NCBI RefSeq assembly: GCF_902713615.1
Contig: NC_052157.1
Span: 56,881,790 to 56,945,789 of the forward strand
DNA length: 64,000 nucleotides
Source: Scyliorhinus canicula
Taxonomy: Eukaryota
Direction of reading: 5' to 3'
Under the pieces are notes generated by a model. That model was not told the origin of the DNA, ran no database searches, and saw only the letters and a list, made by a program, of their open reading frames with translations. The position numbers and the translations under genes are program-made. Position 1 is the stretch's first letter, and the number at the start of each line of letters is the position of its first letter. This document shows positions 51,546-64,000 of this stretch, in pieces.

Positions 51546-52717
51546 GTTTATGCTGGGCTAATAGACTGCCTCTCTTGTGAGTCGTCTCATTGGACCTATG
51601 ACCATGTACGAGTAATGAAGTAGTTGAAGAATATCAGATCACAAAAATTCCGGTGTGAGGACCTGCCTGCCTTTAAAGATGATTCCCCGGGAGATGCCGA
51701 GCTCGTCCCGATAAGGTCAAAATTGGTCTCACACATTTCGGGACATGCTGGATTGAATCTGGTCATCCTTTGATGACGGTTTTCGACATTTTCTGTGATG
51801 TGGAACTTTTTGCTGCTCCTGCGTGAAACTGCCGGCCCTTGAATTGTGCAGAAATGCGGCAGATCAATGGACAGACTCGCATTCTCCTGCAAGCGTAATG
51901 TCACAATGCCCTTGAAACTGCCAACTTTGGCGACATATTCCAAACGCGCCGAAACGTCATGAAACGAGGATGAGAGGAGTGGTTTCTGAGGTTGACCCGC
52001 CTTTGTGAGATCTGGCGAATTCCAAGGATTGTGACTAATGCGAGGTCACGTCATGCCAGTAGAGTTGTGACCACCGGATCTTTAATCTCTAGAATATCAG
52101 TGATACCCGGGAGCACTCCAGCACTGAGAGACCCAAACCCCACAACACAAAGATGTGCAGGGTACGGGGATTGGACATGTCAAATTGCCCCTTAATTGGA
52201 AAAAAAACAAATTGGTAGCTTAAATTTATAAAACTTAACAATTGCGAGACCCGGGCATGGAATTAGCGAACCGCTATGCATTGTAAGTTTCACAGCAGTA
52301 GGTTTCGTTGTGGCCTCCAGCGTCTATAGTGCATGTCTTGTGGAATTCATGGGGACGTGGGTGGAGAGAAGGGGAGTATGTTGACACTCACCACCATGTC
52401 AATCTTGGCCAATCTTGTCAACTTTCTTCGGGCAGATAATTTGAATCTTGGTGACCATTTGGACAGTGTGATGGTATCCCTTTTTGTACTGGATTCACGG
52501 CGTGAGATTGTCAGGCGATTGCAGCATGCACAGTTGTCGCGCAGACTTCAAGTGATATATTCAGTTCATTCAGTATGCCCGGGTTGACTGTCGCAGATAG
52601 CAGTTCATGACTTGTTGGTCAACCATTTCAGGATCTGAGTGAGAAGTGGAATATTGATCGACCCTCGCCAACTCATCGGGCACGTCAAATTCGGGGTCTA
52701 GATTGTCAATTGTCTCA

Positions 52718-54025
52718 TGCAAATTTACCACCCTGTGCGAGAAGTGGTTCCTCCTTTTCTCAGTTCTAAATCTACCACCTCTGAACCCATATCTATGACC
52801 TTGCATTCTAGATTGCCCCACAAAGGGGAACACTTAGTCTATTTACTTTATCAATTCCTTTTAGCATTTTGTAAATCTCATACAAATCCCCTCTCATCCT
52901 TCTAAACTCCAGCGAGTATAAACCCAAACTGCTTAACCTCTCCTCATACGTCAATCCTTTCATCCCCAGAATTTATCTGGTGAACCTCCACTGAACTGCC
53001 TCAAATGGCACCACATCCTTCCTCAAATAAGGAGACCAAAACTGGACACAATACTCCAGATGTAGCCTCACCAACACACTATACAATTGCAACAACACTT
53101 CCCTACTTTCAAACCCCAGTCCTTTTGCAATAAATGCTAACATTCCATTTGCCTTTTTAATTACATGCTGTACCTGCATGCTGACTTTTTGTGATTCATG
53201 AACAAAGACACACAGATCCCTCTGCGCAGACGCATTTTGAATCTGCTTTCCATTTAAATAATAATTTGCTTACCTATTTTCAAAATAGATAACCTCATAC
53301 TTATCTATATTAAACCCATCTGCCAGATTTTGGCCCAATCTCCGAGCCTATCTATATCCATCTGTAAACTCTTTATCTCCTCTCACTGCCTGCTTTCTCA
53401 CCTATTTTAGTATCATCCATAAATTTTACTATGTTACCCTCTGTCCTTACTTGCAGATCATTTATATAAATTGTAAACAGTTGAGATTTGAGGACTGACC
53501 CCAGCGGACTCCCGCTAGTAATAGTTCATCAACTAGAGAAGCTTCCATTTATCCCGACCCCCTTTCTGTCAATCAGCCAATCCTCAATCCAATCCAGTAC
53601 TCTCCTCCAATCCCCTGCGATCTCACCTTCTGGATAAGTCTTTTATGCAGCACCTTGTCAAACACCTTCTGGAACTCTAGATATACCACATCCACAGGTT
53701 CCCCATTATCCACCTTGCTGTTTACTTCATCAAAGAACTCAAGCTAGTTTGTCAGGCATGATTTACCCTTCATAAAACCATGCTAACAATGGTGGATTGA
53801 GCTTTGTCTTTCCAAATGTTCAGTCATCTTCTCCTTAATGATTGGTTCCAGCAACTTCCCCACCAAGCTAACCGGTCTATAGTTTCCTACTTTTTGCCTC
53901 TCTCCATTTTTGAATAGGGCATCACATTAACGTGTTTCCAATCCACCGAGTCTCTTCCAGAATCCAGGGAATTCTGAAATATCATAACCCATGCATCCTC
54001 TATCTCTGCTGCCACCTCCTTAATC
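52718..54025 (-). mobile_element. CR1 LINE RT region
   Basis: VRLHLEYCVQFWSP, RRNHFSHRVVNL. Confidence 0.88.
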
Positions 54026-54375
54026 ATAGAATCATAGAATCATAGAATCATAGCATCACTAAAGTGCAGAAGGAGGCCATTCGGCCCATTGAGTCTACAC
54101 TGACCATCTCAAAGAACAGCCTACATATGCCCACGGCCCACCCTATCCCTGTAACCCAATAACTCCACCTAACCTTTTGAGCACTAAGGGGCAATTTAAC
54201 ATGGCCGATCCACCTAACCTGCACATCTTTGGAATGTGGGAGGAAACTGGAGCACCTGGAGGAAACCCACGCAGACACGAGGAGAATATACAAACTCTAC
54301 ACAGCCAGTGATCCAAGGCAGAAATCGAACCCGGATCCCAAGTTCTGCGAAGTAGCAGTGTTAACCACTGTTGCA
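54025..54375 (-). mobile_element. HE1-type SINE
   Basis: (atcatag)n tail and conserved core. Confidence 0.85.
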
Positions 54376-54389
54376 CGTTTTGCTATGGG

Positions 54390-55149
54390 TGTAAAACGCG
54401 TTTATTGGGGTGTATTAACTTGCCTGTGTTAAAGGCCGTGTGCTTAACACCACTAGGCTCTGTCTATGTATTTTCAGCTCAGGAGTCGCCAGTTGCCATA
54501 TAGACAACTCACATATATTCCAAGGTCAGGTTCAAAGTAATAAAACGATACACCGATTAGTAAGTTCCAAACGATCAATATTTATTATACAATTATAATA
54601 AATACGCATGCACACACTAAGGGACTAAGCTATGACTAAACTAAGCAAACAGAATACTTAACTACACAGGAACAGGCAAGGTCAGGGAGCGAGGCCTTCG
54701 TCCCGGTCTTGGTCTGCAACCTTCAGAAAGCGTGCTGGTCACTGGGGGTCTAGCGGGCTTGGTTCGCGTAGCGAGCGTCGTATTGGCGGCTGGTGCTCAA
54801 CGGCTGGAGTCAGGATACACGTTGGAGGTCTTGGTCAAAACTGGAGCACGAAACAACAGACAGGACCATGTGTGGGGGTCTATATTTATAGGGGTCCCCA
54901 ATGTCCTTCCCTCTTCCTGGGCGGGCTTTACCTTTAGGTATCGATTGGATCGCTTCCAATCGATATCTTTTGAATTCCTCCAATGTAAGGGTCTTTCTCG
55001 ATGGTGGGGGCGGTTTCTATGGTGGATACTTCTGGTGCCGCTCTGTCTGGACATCCACTTAAAGTATCTTATTCAAACCCAAATGTTGCCATTGTGTGTG
55101 CCTAGATCTGGACTGCCTCATTAGTATGTAGAACGTTCTGCCATTATCA
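54390..55149. mobile_element. LTR-like insert
   Basis: Ends ...ctgccattatca, internal tttatt/ctatatttata signals; interrupts CR1; left boundary and TSD not resolved. Confidence 0.5.
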
Positions 55150-55336
55150 CCTTTGGTTGGAGATCTTCCACCTGGCCAGAAACTGGTTTTGCTGCTTGCA
55201 AAATGCTAATGAGTGTTTGCAGGCTGTTTGCCTTGGTTAAACTGTTTTTCCCTACAGTCTTAGCGATTCTCCATTTTGTTTGGTTCAGTGTCCATTTTAG
55301 GTGGCTACAGTGGCTACACCACTGTGCCACTGTGGG

Positions 55337-57530
55337 CAGACCATCAGGTCCCATGGACTTATCTGTCTTAAATCCCGTCAGTTTTTTCAATACTGTCCCC
55401 CTAGTGATGGTTAATGCACCATGTTCCTCTGCATTAACTGTAGTTGTTGGAAAATCTTTATTGCCTTCTGCCATGAAGTCAGAGACAACATATTGGTTCA
55501 TTGCCTCTGCCATCTCTGTGTTCCCCATTATTACCTCACCAGTATCATCCTCTAAAGGGCCAACATTTACTTTCGCTGTTCTCTTCCTCTTTATATACTT
55601 ATAGAAACTCTTGGTCTTGGTATTAATGTTTTCTGCTAGTTTCCTTTCGTAGTTCATCTCAGCTCTTTTGATTTTATTTTTAGTAGGCTTTTGTTGAAGC
55701 TTAAAGTTCTCCTAATCCCCCACCTTAACACGAGCCTTTGCAGTATGGTATTCCATAATTTTGGGCTTTTATGTTTTCCTTGACTTCCTTGTTCAGCAAT
55801 TGAACATTTTTCTCCCTTTTACAATTCCTCTTCTTTTCAGGAATATAGGGCGCGATTCTCCCAAAACGGGAGAAATCGTAAGGCTGGCGTCAAACCCGGG
55901 CGGGTTTGACGCCAGCGCTCCCCTTCCCGACCGGGAACCGATTCTGGTCCCCGGTTGGGGCTAGCAGCCCGACGCCGTAAGCTCCGGCATCACAGGCTTA
56001 ACGAATTTCGTTAAGCCCGCTTGCCGGAGTTAGCGCCGGCTGACGCGTCATATGACGTCAGCCGCGCATGCGCGGATTGGAAGACTCCAACCCGCGCATG
56101 CGCGGATGACGTCATCGCGTATTTGCGCGAAACCCGCGCATGCGCGGGCCGGGATGCCCCTCAGCCGCCCCGCGAATGGATACTGCGGGGCGGCGGAAGG
56201 AGAAATAGTGCGCGGGCATCGGGCCCGCTGCCCGCGATCGGTGCCCACCGATCGTGGGCCCATGGCACCCTTGGCACGGCCGTGGTACTACCGTGCCAAT
56301 CGGTGCCATGGTTATAAAAAGCGAGTTGTTCCCGCCGTTTTTACGAACGGCCAGACCAGGTGTGTTTGCCGTTCGTAAAAACAGCGTAAAGGGCTGGGAC
56401 TTCGGCCCATCTATCAGCTGTGAATCGCTGCCGGCCGTAAAAAAACGGCGGCAGCGATTCGTGTCGGGAGTTGGGCGGGGGGGGGGGGGAGAATAGCGGG
56501 AGGGCGGGAAAAATGTCGGGAAGGCTCTCCCGCTATTCTCCGACCCGTCGTGGGGGGCGGAGAATCGCGCCCATACTTTATTTGAGAGGTGTTTAATATC
56601 TCCCTGAACATCCGCCATTGTTCCTCAACTGTCCAACCCTCAATTATTTGTGCCCAGTCTACTTGGGCTAACTCTTTCCTCAGGCCTGTATAATTACCTC
56701 GGCCCCACGCTAAAACTCTGTCCTCTCTCACTCAATCTGAATTTGAAATTCTAGCATGCTGTGATCACTCCATCCAAGAAGATCCTTAACACAAGACTAT
56801 TTATCAACCCTTATTTGTTACATAATACTAAATCTAAAATCGCCTGCTCTCTGGTTGTCTCCATAACATATTGCTTGAAGGAACAATCCCTCATACACTC
56901 TATGAAATCTTCCTCGTGCTACCCTTGCCAATTTGAATAGTTCAATCAATATGCATCTTAAAATCGCCCATGATTACTTTTGTGCCCTTCTCACAAGCCC
57001 TGGTTATTTTTTGATTTATACTATGTCCCACTTTGGAAGTATTGCTCGAAGGCCTATAAATTGCACTACCAAGAAGATTTTCCCTTGTTTTCTATTTCCA
57101 CCCAGATCGATTCAACATTTTGGCCCTGAGTGCCAACATGATTTCTTAATGCAGCCTTGGTGTAATCTTTAACAAATAAAACAACTCTACCTCCTATTCC
57201 ATCCTGTCTATCCTTGCGGAATGCTGAGTACCGTTGGGCATTCAACTCCCAGTCCTGGTCCTCCTGCAGCCATGTTTCAGTGATCCCCACCAAATCATAC
57301 CCATTTGCCTCTTTGTGCCCTCAGCTCATTGAATTTATTCCGAATACTGAGTGCATTAAGGTACAAGGTTTATAAATATGTCCTACTGATTTGCCTTCCC
57401 CTTGCAGGATTTTTTTGTGCACTCCACTTTTCAGACATTCTGACCTCCTTTATTAATCTCTGTTAACACTCAGCATCATCCCTAAATTTTGCTCTCACAG
57501 TCTCCTTAGATTTTGATTTTTTACATTTTG
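55337..57530 (-). mobile_element. CR1 LINE ORF2 5' half
   Basis: KSFYKYIKRKR, DKSMGPDG, GITETWLQE. Confidence 0.85.
55848..56572. mobile_element. Harbinger-derived MITE inserted in CR1
   Basis: TIR gggcgcgattctcc / ggagaatcgcgccc, 3-bp TSD ATA, CpG-rich internal palindromes. Confidence 0.92.
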
Positions 57531-57589
57531 TATCCCCTCTGTAGTCGTTAGACTGGCCCTGCCTGTTTATCCTATTAACATTTCACAGC

Positions 57590-57930
57590 ATTTACAGTGC
57601 AGAAGGAAGCCATTCAGCCCATCGAGTCTGCACCGGCCCTTGGAAAGAGCACCCTACTTAAGCCCCGTGCCTCCACCCTATCTCCTTTATCCCCGTAAGC
57701 CAGTAACCCCACTTAACCTTCCCTGGACACTGAGGGAAATTTAGAATAGCCAATCCACCTGATCTGCACGTCTTTGGACTGTGGGAGAAACCGCAGCACC
57801 CGGAGGAAACCCACGCACACACGGGGAGGATGTGCAGACTTCGCACAGACAGTGACCCAAGCCAGGAATCGAACTGGGACCCTGGAGCTGTGAAGCAACC
57901 GTGATAACCACTGTGCTACCATGCTGCCCT
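57590..57930 (-). mobile_element. HE1-type SINE (its right part corresponds to 1-250)
   Basis: Conserved core and tail. Confidence 0.9.
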
Positions 57931-60900
57931 AACCTCTACCTTCCCCTCACATACCAACCTGCTGTTTTGGTACCCTTTAACCATTATACCTCTTGTAGCT
58001 TTACTGTTCCCTTCCACCCCACTTGCTAGTTGAAAGTCCTATTTATCCTTTCCACTAGAACACTGGTCCCAGATCAGTTCAGGTGGAGACTGTCCCAATG
58101 GTGCAGATCACTCCTGTCCCAATGCTGATGCCAATGCCCCATGGAATGGAACCCCTCCTCCCCTCCTTCCCTCACCATTCCTTTAGCCACGTGTTTACTT
58201 CCTTAATTTTCTCATCCCTATGCCAATTTGCAAAGGTCTTGGGTAGTGATCCACAGATTATAACCCGTGAAGACCTGTTCTTTAATTTTGTTCCTAGTTC
58301 CTGATAATCCCCAAACAGGTCTTCTTTCCTAGCCTTGCCTATATTGTTTGTCCCAACATGGACCACAATAACTGGATCCTCAAGCCGGTTCAAGCCAGTT
58401 GGAGATGTTTCTCACCCTGGTTCCGGGCAGGCAGCATGTCACGCGGCACTCTTGGTCCTGTTTGCAAAGGATGCTATCAGTTCCCCTAATTATATAATTC
58501 CCTCAACTATTATCTTTTTGCACCCCCACCGTCTCCGCTGCTTGAATGGCTACCCGTACCATGGTACAATGGTCGGCTCGCTCATCCTCCCTACAGTCCT
58601 TTTCCTCACCTAGAAAAGGGAGCAAGGTCCTCATACATGTTGGACAAGGTCAAGAGCTGAGGCTCTTCCATTTCTGAATTTAGGATCCCTCCATCTGCCT
58701 CACTCACAGTCACACTCTACTGTTAACACACTGCTGTCCCTGACCACTGGCTGAATTTGAGGTACTTAATTGGTTGGATGCGAACACCTGACTGTTTCAG
58801 CCCTCCCCCCTCCTCCCCTTAACACATCATCCCACTAATTGGGATCTGACCATCTGACTAAGGCTAAGCACAATATCTCTCATTATCTACTCCCCAGGAA
58901 ACCTTCTTTCTGTCAAGAAAGTTCCATTAGCTGTACTTCAGCAAACAATATCCACGGCTGGAATGAATTATGATCTGACTTTTATGGTGCTTTAATTACA
59001 CCTCTGTAGCCCCAAACTCTAGCTGCCTTTACACCCAGGATTCTTTTAAAACTATTACTGCAGCAGTCAGATACACACCCCATCTCAGACTTTTAACCAT
59101 TAATGTCCCAGCTGCGTACGATATAATCTATATGTGAAATTCCTACATTCATCAAAGCACATCTTCCACATGTCTTGTGGGATTTTGGGATTCAAGTGCG
59201 GGCATCAACAGTTGGAGTTGTCCCGAGGGCCTGTAACCATCATCAGCCTGCAAGGATCCCTTCATACTTATGTCCATCCTTGAGAAGCTCTTCGACGCTA
59301 CACGATTTGGACCTGTCTAGCAGATCTTCTTGGACACTTCCAGGGGAGTGGATGCGATCACCAACTCAACAATTCTGTCTGCTCGCTCTGCGTTTGAAAA
59401 TTCACAGTATGCACTCTTTTCTCTGCACCTGTTGACAATGTGGTCTACAGATTATATAGGCTGCTGGCGAAATAACAGGAAATCTGACCAATAAATACAG
59501 AATTTTAACTTGAATTTGATTCAGTCTTCCAATGTCGCCCATGCCTTTTGGGGATGGTTTCACTCTTCTGCTGTTATTCCCCATGTTTCAGTCTGTGTCG
59601 ACCTTCATTCCCAATTGCTGGATGAGCTTTAGTGGCTTGCCCGTCTGGTTCAGACACACCTGAATCAAGAAACCACAATGTCTAAACATTTTGAATCAGG
59701 ATGTTGCACCTCAAACTTGGGTCTGACTCGCATTACGGAAACTCTAAAATTAGCGTACAAACTTGGGTCTGACTCGCATTACGGAAACTCTAAAATTAGC
59801 GTACAACCATCCCCTTTATTATATCTTTCCAGATGACCCCAAAAGTATAAAAACACCGCTATATAGGGTATCAGAAGCTCTGTCGCACACAGTATCAAAA
59901 TACCGTCCTACACAAGGCACCAAAAACTCACGGCTTGGACGTAAATACCACCCGTTAAGAGGCAATGTGATCTGACTCCCTCTTGGTGGATCCCAATGTC
60001 CTCTCTGAGTCCTGGACCTAGGGTCTGGCTTCTTAAGATGGTCATTCCTGCAGTTTATCATTCCAGAACGTCCGTTGTCTCTCCTTCTTTTACGGATCTT
60101 TCTCACGCTTCCAGTTGAGATTAATGTAGGAATTTCAGAGATATTGTTTTATAGGTATTTGGTGCAGTAAGGGTTACAAACCTGGGTTAATATGTGGGTG
60201 TGTGACTGCTGCGGTAGTGTTTATAAAGAATCCGTGTTTGAAAGGATTGGGAGTCAGAAGTGCAATTAAGCCATCATAAAAGTTTGGGCTAATGGGGTTT
60301 TGATTGGATTAAGGGGGGTTCCCTGAGGAGATGGTAGGATACAGCTTGATAAAATGATGTAATTAATGGGAGGAGCTAAGATATCAGGCATTTTGCAGAA
60401 AAGCAGTTTTAGTTGAGTTTTAGATTGGGATGTGAGCAGGAATCAAACACAGGAAGTAGTTGAGGTAAAAACGTTGTGCGATTTCAAGCAGGAGTTAGAT
60501 ATAGCTCTAGGGGCTAAACGGAACAAGAGATATGGGGGGAAGGCGGGATCAGGATATTGAACTTGATGATCAGCCATGATCATAATGAATGGTGGAGCAG
60601 GCTTGAAGGGCCGAGTGGCCTCCTCCTACTTCTATTTCTAATGTATGTTTCTATGTAAGGATGCTGCGGGGACTTTAGGAGAGGATGCGGAAGTGGAGTT
60701 GAGGCAGAGGGTCGGCCCTGATGGTATTGGATGGGGGAAGATGTATGGAGGGGGCGAATGGCCTCCTCCAGCTTTTTGTTTGTTCACGTCCATTTCACCG
60801 GAAGTGGGCATCGCTGGGCCAGGAAAGCATTTATTTCACATCCCCAATTGTCCGTTGAAGGGAGTGATTCTCTGGGCCATTTCAGGGGGGGAAGTTGAGT

Positions 60901-61518
60901 CGACCTCATTACCATGTGGGTATGGAATCAAGTATAGGCTAGACCAGGGTAAGGATGGCAATTTCCTTCTCCTAAAGAGACGTGAGTGTACCAAATGTGT
61001 CTTTATGACAATCCATGATGGTTTTGGGCAGCACGGTAGCATGGTGGTTAGCATAAATGCTTCACAGCTCCAGGGTCCCAGGTTCGATTTCCGGCTGGGT
61101 CACTGTCTGTGCGGAGTCTGCACGTCCTCCCCGTGTTTGCGTGGGTTTCCTCCGGGTGCTCCGGTTTCCTCCCACAGTCCAAAGTGCAGATTAGGTGGAT
61201 TGGCCATGATAAATTGCCCTTAGTGTCCTAATAGTAAGGTTAAGGGGGGGAGTTGTTGGGTTGCGGGTATAGGGTGGATACGTGGGTTTGAGTAGGGTGA
61301 TCATTGCTCGGCACAACATCGAGGGCCGAAGGGCCTGTTCTTTGCTGTACTGTTCTATGTTCTATGTTGTCACAGTCGCCTTGACAGTCCCGGGTTTCAT
61401 GTATCGAACTTTAAGTTCCTCAGCTCCATGTTCCACATGCTGTTATGTAACTGGACGTCTTTGCCAAAGGCAATCCCTCAACCAGACCACTAACCGCCAC
61501 CGGCTCTCCCTTCCACAG

Positions 61519-61821
61519 AACCTCTGGTCCTTACTCCTCCTCCCAATTGCTCGTGTGATGCTCCGCAGCGACGTTATGTTTCCTGTGGGACTCGGGTTCC
61601 AGTTGGGGATGTCGCCCGGATCGACTGGCTGAGAAACGGCGAGGAGGTGAGGCGGGAGAACCGGACGCAGTTGGTCAAACCTGCCGGCGATGGTTCCGCG
61701 AGATTGGAGAGCCAGGTTCCATTACCCGTGCCCAGCCCAGGCACTGAGGTGAACTACACATGTATGTTGACCCACACCTCCGGCGGCATCATTGACTGGA
61801 GGCAGTACATAGCAGTGAGCG
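61519..61821 (+). CDS. Ig-superfamily C1-type domain exon (copy B)
   Basis: Same splice sites; protein identical to copy A; two nucleotide differences, both silent (AAT/AAC, ATC/ATT). Confidence 0.9.
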
Positions 61822-62526
61822 GTAAGTGTCCTGTTCTCCAATCCCTCCCCGGTGGGCTCACTGGTGCGATTAGCGTCCTGCCAGCTGTGGCTCATTGGCT
61901 CTTACGCTTTCTCTTTCCCTTCTGGGTCACCTGGTCACCAATTTGAGACCACTCCCAAAATTGAAACCCCATAAGCACAGGCTGAAACTCCCAGTGCCAG
62001 CCCAAAGAAGCGCTGCACTGTCGTGGGCCAGTGTGAAGGGAGCATTATCGGAGGCTCAGTAATGAGGGAGCACCGTACTGTCAAAGAGGGTACTGAGGGA
62101 GTGCTGCACTGTCAGAGGGTCAGTACTGAGGGAGTGCTGCACTGTCAGAGGGTCAATTTTGAGGGAGTGCTGCACGGTTGGAGGGTCAGTACTGAGGGAG
62201 TGTTGCACTTTCAGAGGGTCAGTACTGAGGGAGTGCTGCACTGTTGGAGGGTCAATTCTGAGGGAGTGCTGCACTGTCAGAGGGTCAATACTGAGGGAGT
62301 GTGTATACCTGTGCCTGCCTATGTAATCATTGTACGTGAGAACCACTTTCATCTCTCCTCTCTGGGTTCGCGAAACAGGAATTTTTTCTAACCAACCCTC
62401 ACAAGCGGTGGATTGGGATTTAGACGCGGGAGATGATTGGATCGTGTGACAGAGATTTACAGATGTCAGAAAATTATGATTAATCACACTGAGCATTATA
62501 ATCTCCTAATATCTCTCTCGTTTCAG

Positions 62527-62642
62527 AATCCCCCGGACACCCCGTTCTCTTGTATGTTCTATTGATCGTAAATTCAACCATAATTCTGCTGTTGGTTATG
62601 GCCGTTGGTCTGAAAAAACCTTCCGTGTGCAGCCGCCGCTAA
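62527..62642 (+). CDS. Transmembrane plus short tail exon (copy B)
   Basis: (E)SPGHPVLLYVLLIVNSTIILLLVMAVGLKKPSVCSRR*; GTG/GTT silent change and TGC/CGC in the last codon relative to copy A. Confidence 0.85.
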
Positions 62643-63265
62643 GCTCACTGATGTCTTTCCACTCTCTCTCGCTCTCTATCTCTCTCTCTGTCTCTCCATC
62701 CATGAAGCCACTGCATGTACAAGACCCTGGCTGCTGAAATCAGCAACCCCCCTTCAAACCTCCAACCGCCTACCCTTCAATGTGAGCTCGGTCCATCACC
62801 CCCCACCTCCCGCCCACCTTCCACCTCAAGCTTCTGGACTCTTCACCTCGGAATCAACAATTGGGCGACAATTTCGGAGTTGGGAGTCAGCATCGGGAGG
62901 TGGACCCATCATTCTCGAAACTCTGCCTCGCGTAATGTTAAGAACAATCCTGGGACTGTTCAAAATTAAATTAATCTTACTCCATCAGCTTAGGGAGTTT
63001 TACGGCTTTGAAGAACAGGAAATATATCCTGAACCCATGTGAGTTGAACGAATTTCCAAATTTGACCTTATTTACCAGCTTGCTTTGCAAGACCAGGTGT
63101 TGAAATGTGAAAAAACAATCTACTTAAAGCTGCAGACTGCTTCCTCACAGATGAACAAGAACCATTGGACTGCGAAAGGGAAAGAAAATGCACTTGAATC
63201 CCACAGTCACAAAAAGCGTGTTAAACTCAACATTCGGCCAATGTTTCATGTGGTGTTCAATGGTT

Positions 63266-63271
63266 AATAAA
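63266..63271 (+). terminator. Candidate polyadenylation signal (copy B)
   Basis: AATAAA at the position homologous to 5667. Confidence 0.5.
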
Positions 63272-64000
63272 TCACCGTTTGAATGTGTTGGTCTGTTCGC
63301 TGATCCACGTTCACTGTGCTCAATTCATCACATCTACAAACAGAACTCGAGAGCGCAAGGAACTGACGGCAGAGGATGTTCCGGATTCTGGGCGGAGAGC
63401 ATTTGTTCATAAATCCTCTAATTCCTGAGATATTTTAGAGGACCATTTAATAAGCCTATTGTAGGTCTAGAAACAGCATCACCTCTGCAGTGCTGGGAGA
63501 TAAATCGGAACTCTGCAGCCTTGGGATTGTCTGATCCTGCTTGCAGCACACCCTTGCCCATGGCTTTCCCGGGAACGTGTGGTGGTTTCAATGGAAAATG
63601 TTGAGTGTGCAGCATTCTGAAGGTTTGGTACAATAGAGGAACATAGAACATAGAACGATACAGCGCAGTACAGGCCCTTCGGCCCACGATGTTGCACCGA
63701 CATGGGAAGTCAAAAACTAAAGGCCATCTAACCTACACTATGCCATTATCATCCGTATGCTTATCCAATAAACTTTTAAATGCCCTCAATGTTGGCGAGT
63801 TCACTACTGTTGCAGGTAGGGCATTCCACGGCCTCACCACTCTTTGCGTAAAAATCCTACCTCTGACGTCTGTCCTATATCTATTACCCCTCAATTTAAG
63901 GCTATGTCCCCTTGTGCTAGCCACCTCCATCCGCGGGAGAAGGCTCTCACTGTCCACCCTATCTAACCCTCTGATCATTTTGTATGCCTCTATTAAGTCA

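Larger units (their letters stand above)
57681..64000 (+). repeat. Segmental/tandem duplication, copy B (runs off the right edge)
   Basis: Same order of SINE, CR1, gag relic, Ig exon, satellite, TM exon and CR1 as 1-6401; offset 57680 at the start, 57684 at the Ig exon, 57593 after the satellite. Confidence 0.97.

Noticed and set aside
1-64000. Recombination signal sequences or J segments for V(D)J rearrangement
   Set aside because: CACAGTG/CACTGTG heptamers I noticed lie in SINEs or LINEs without a nonamer at 12/23 spacing; no FGxG J segment was seen by eye (a motif scan is still advisable)

Overview
Eukaryotic, cartilaginous-fish (shark, probably catshark-like) genomic DNA, judged from the repeat families: HE1-type SINEs, CR1, Rex1 and Tx1/L1 LINEs, Harbinger transposons and MITEs, Gypsy, a class I ERV relic, and 33-bp and ~69-bp satellites. 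Most of the window is nested, decayed mobile DNA. The one clear host gene is an immunoglobulin-superfamily membrane protein that the ORF track does not show as a gene: an intact 303-nt phase-1/phase-1 Ig C1-type exon (3835-4137) plus a transmembrane/short-tail exon (4934-5049) and an AATAAA. The whole 1-6401 block reappears, nearly identical, at 57681-64000 (offset ~57.6-57.7 kb), so there are two copies of these exons. This suggests a large tandem or segmental duplication of an antigen-receptor-like C1-TM gene. I could not find an intact V exon or RSS; only weak leader/V-start candidates were seen, each next to a retroelement insertion. Other points are hammerhead-ribozyme relics in Penelope-type termini, a minus-strand YY1/CRE first-exon signature, a ~1.55-kb 14-mer minisatellite inside a Harbinger cluster, and two unassigned ~1-kb tracts. 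Family names come from recalled motifs, not database searches, and repeat boundaries are approximate unless a TSD is quoted.
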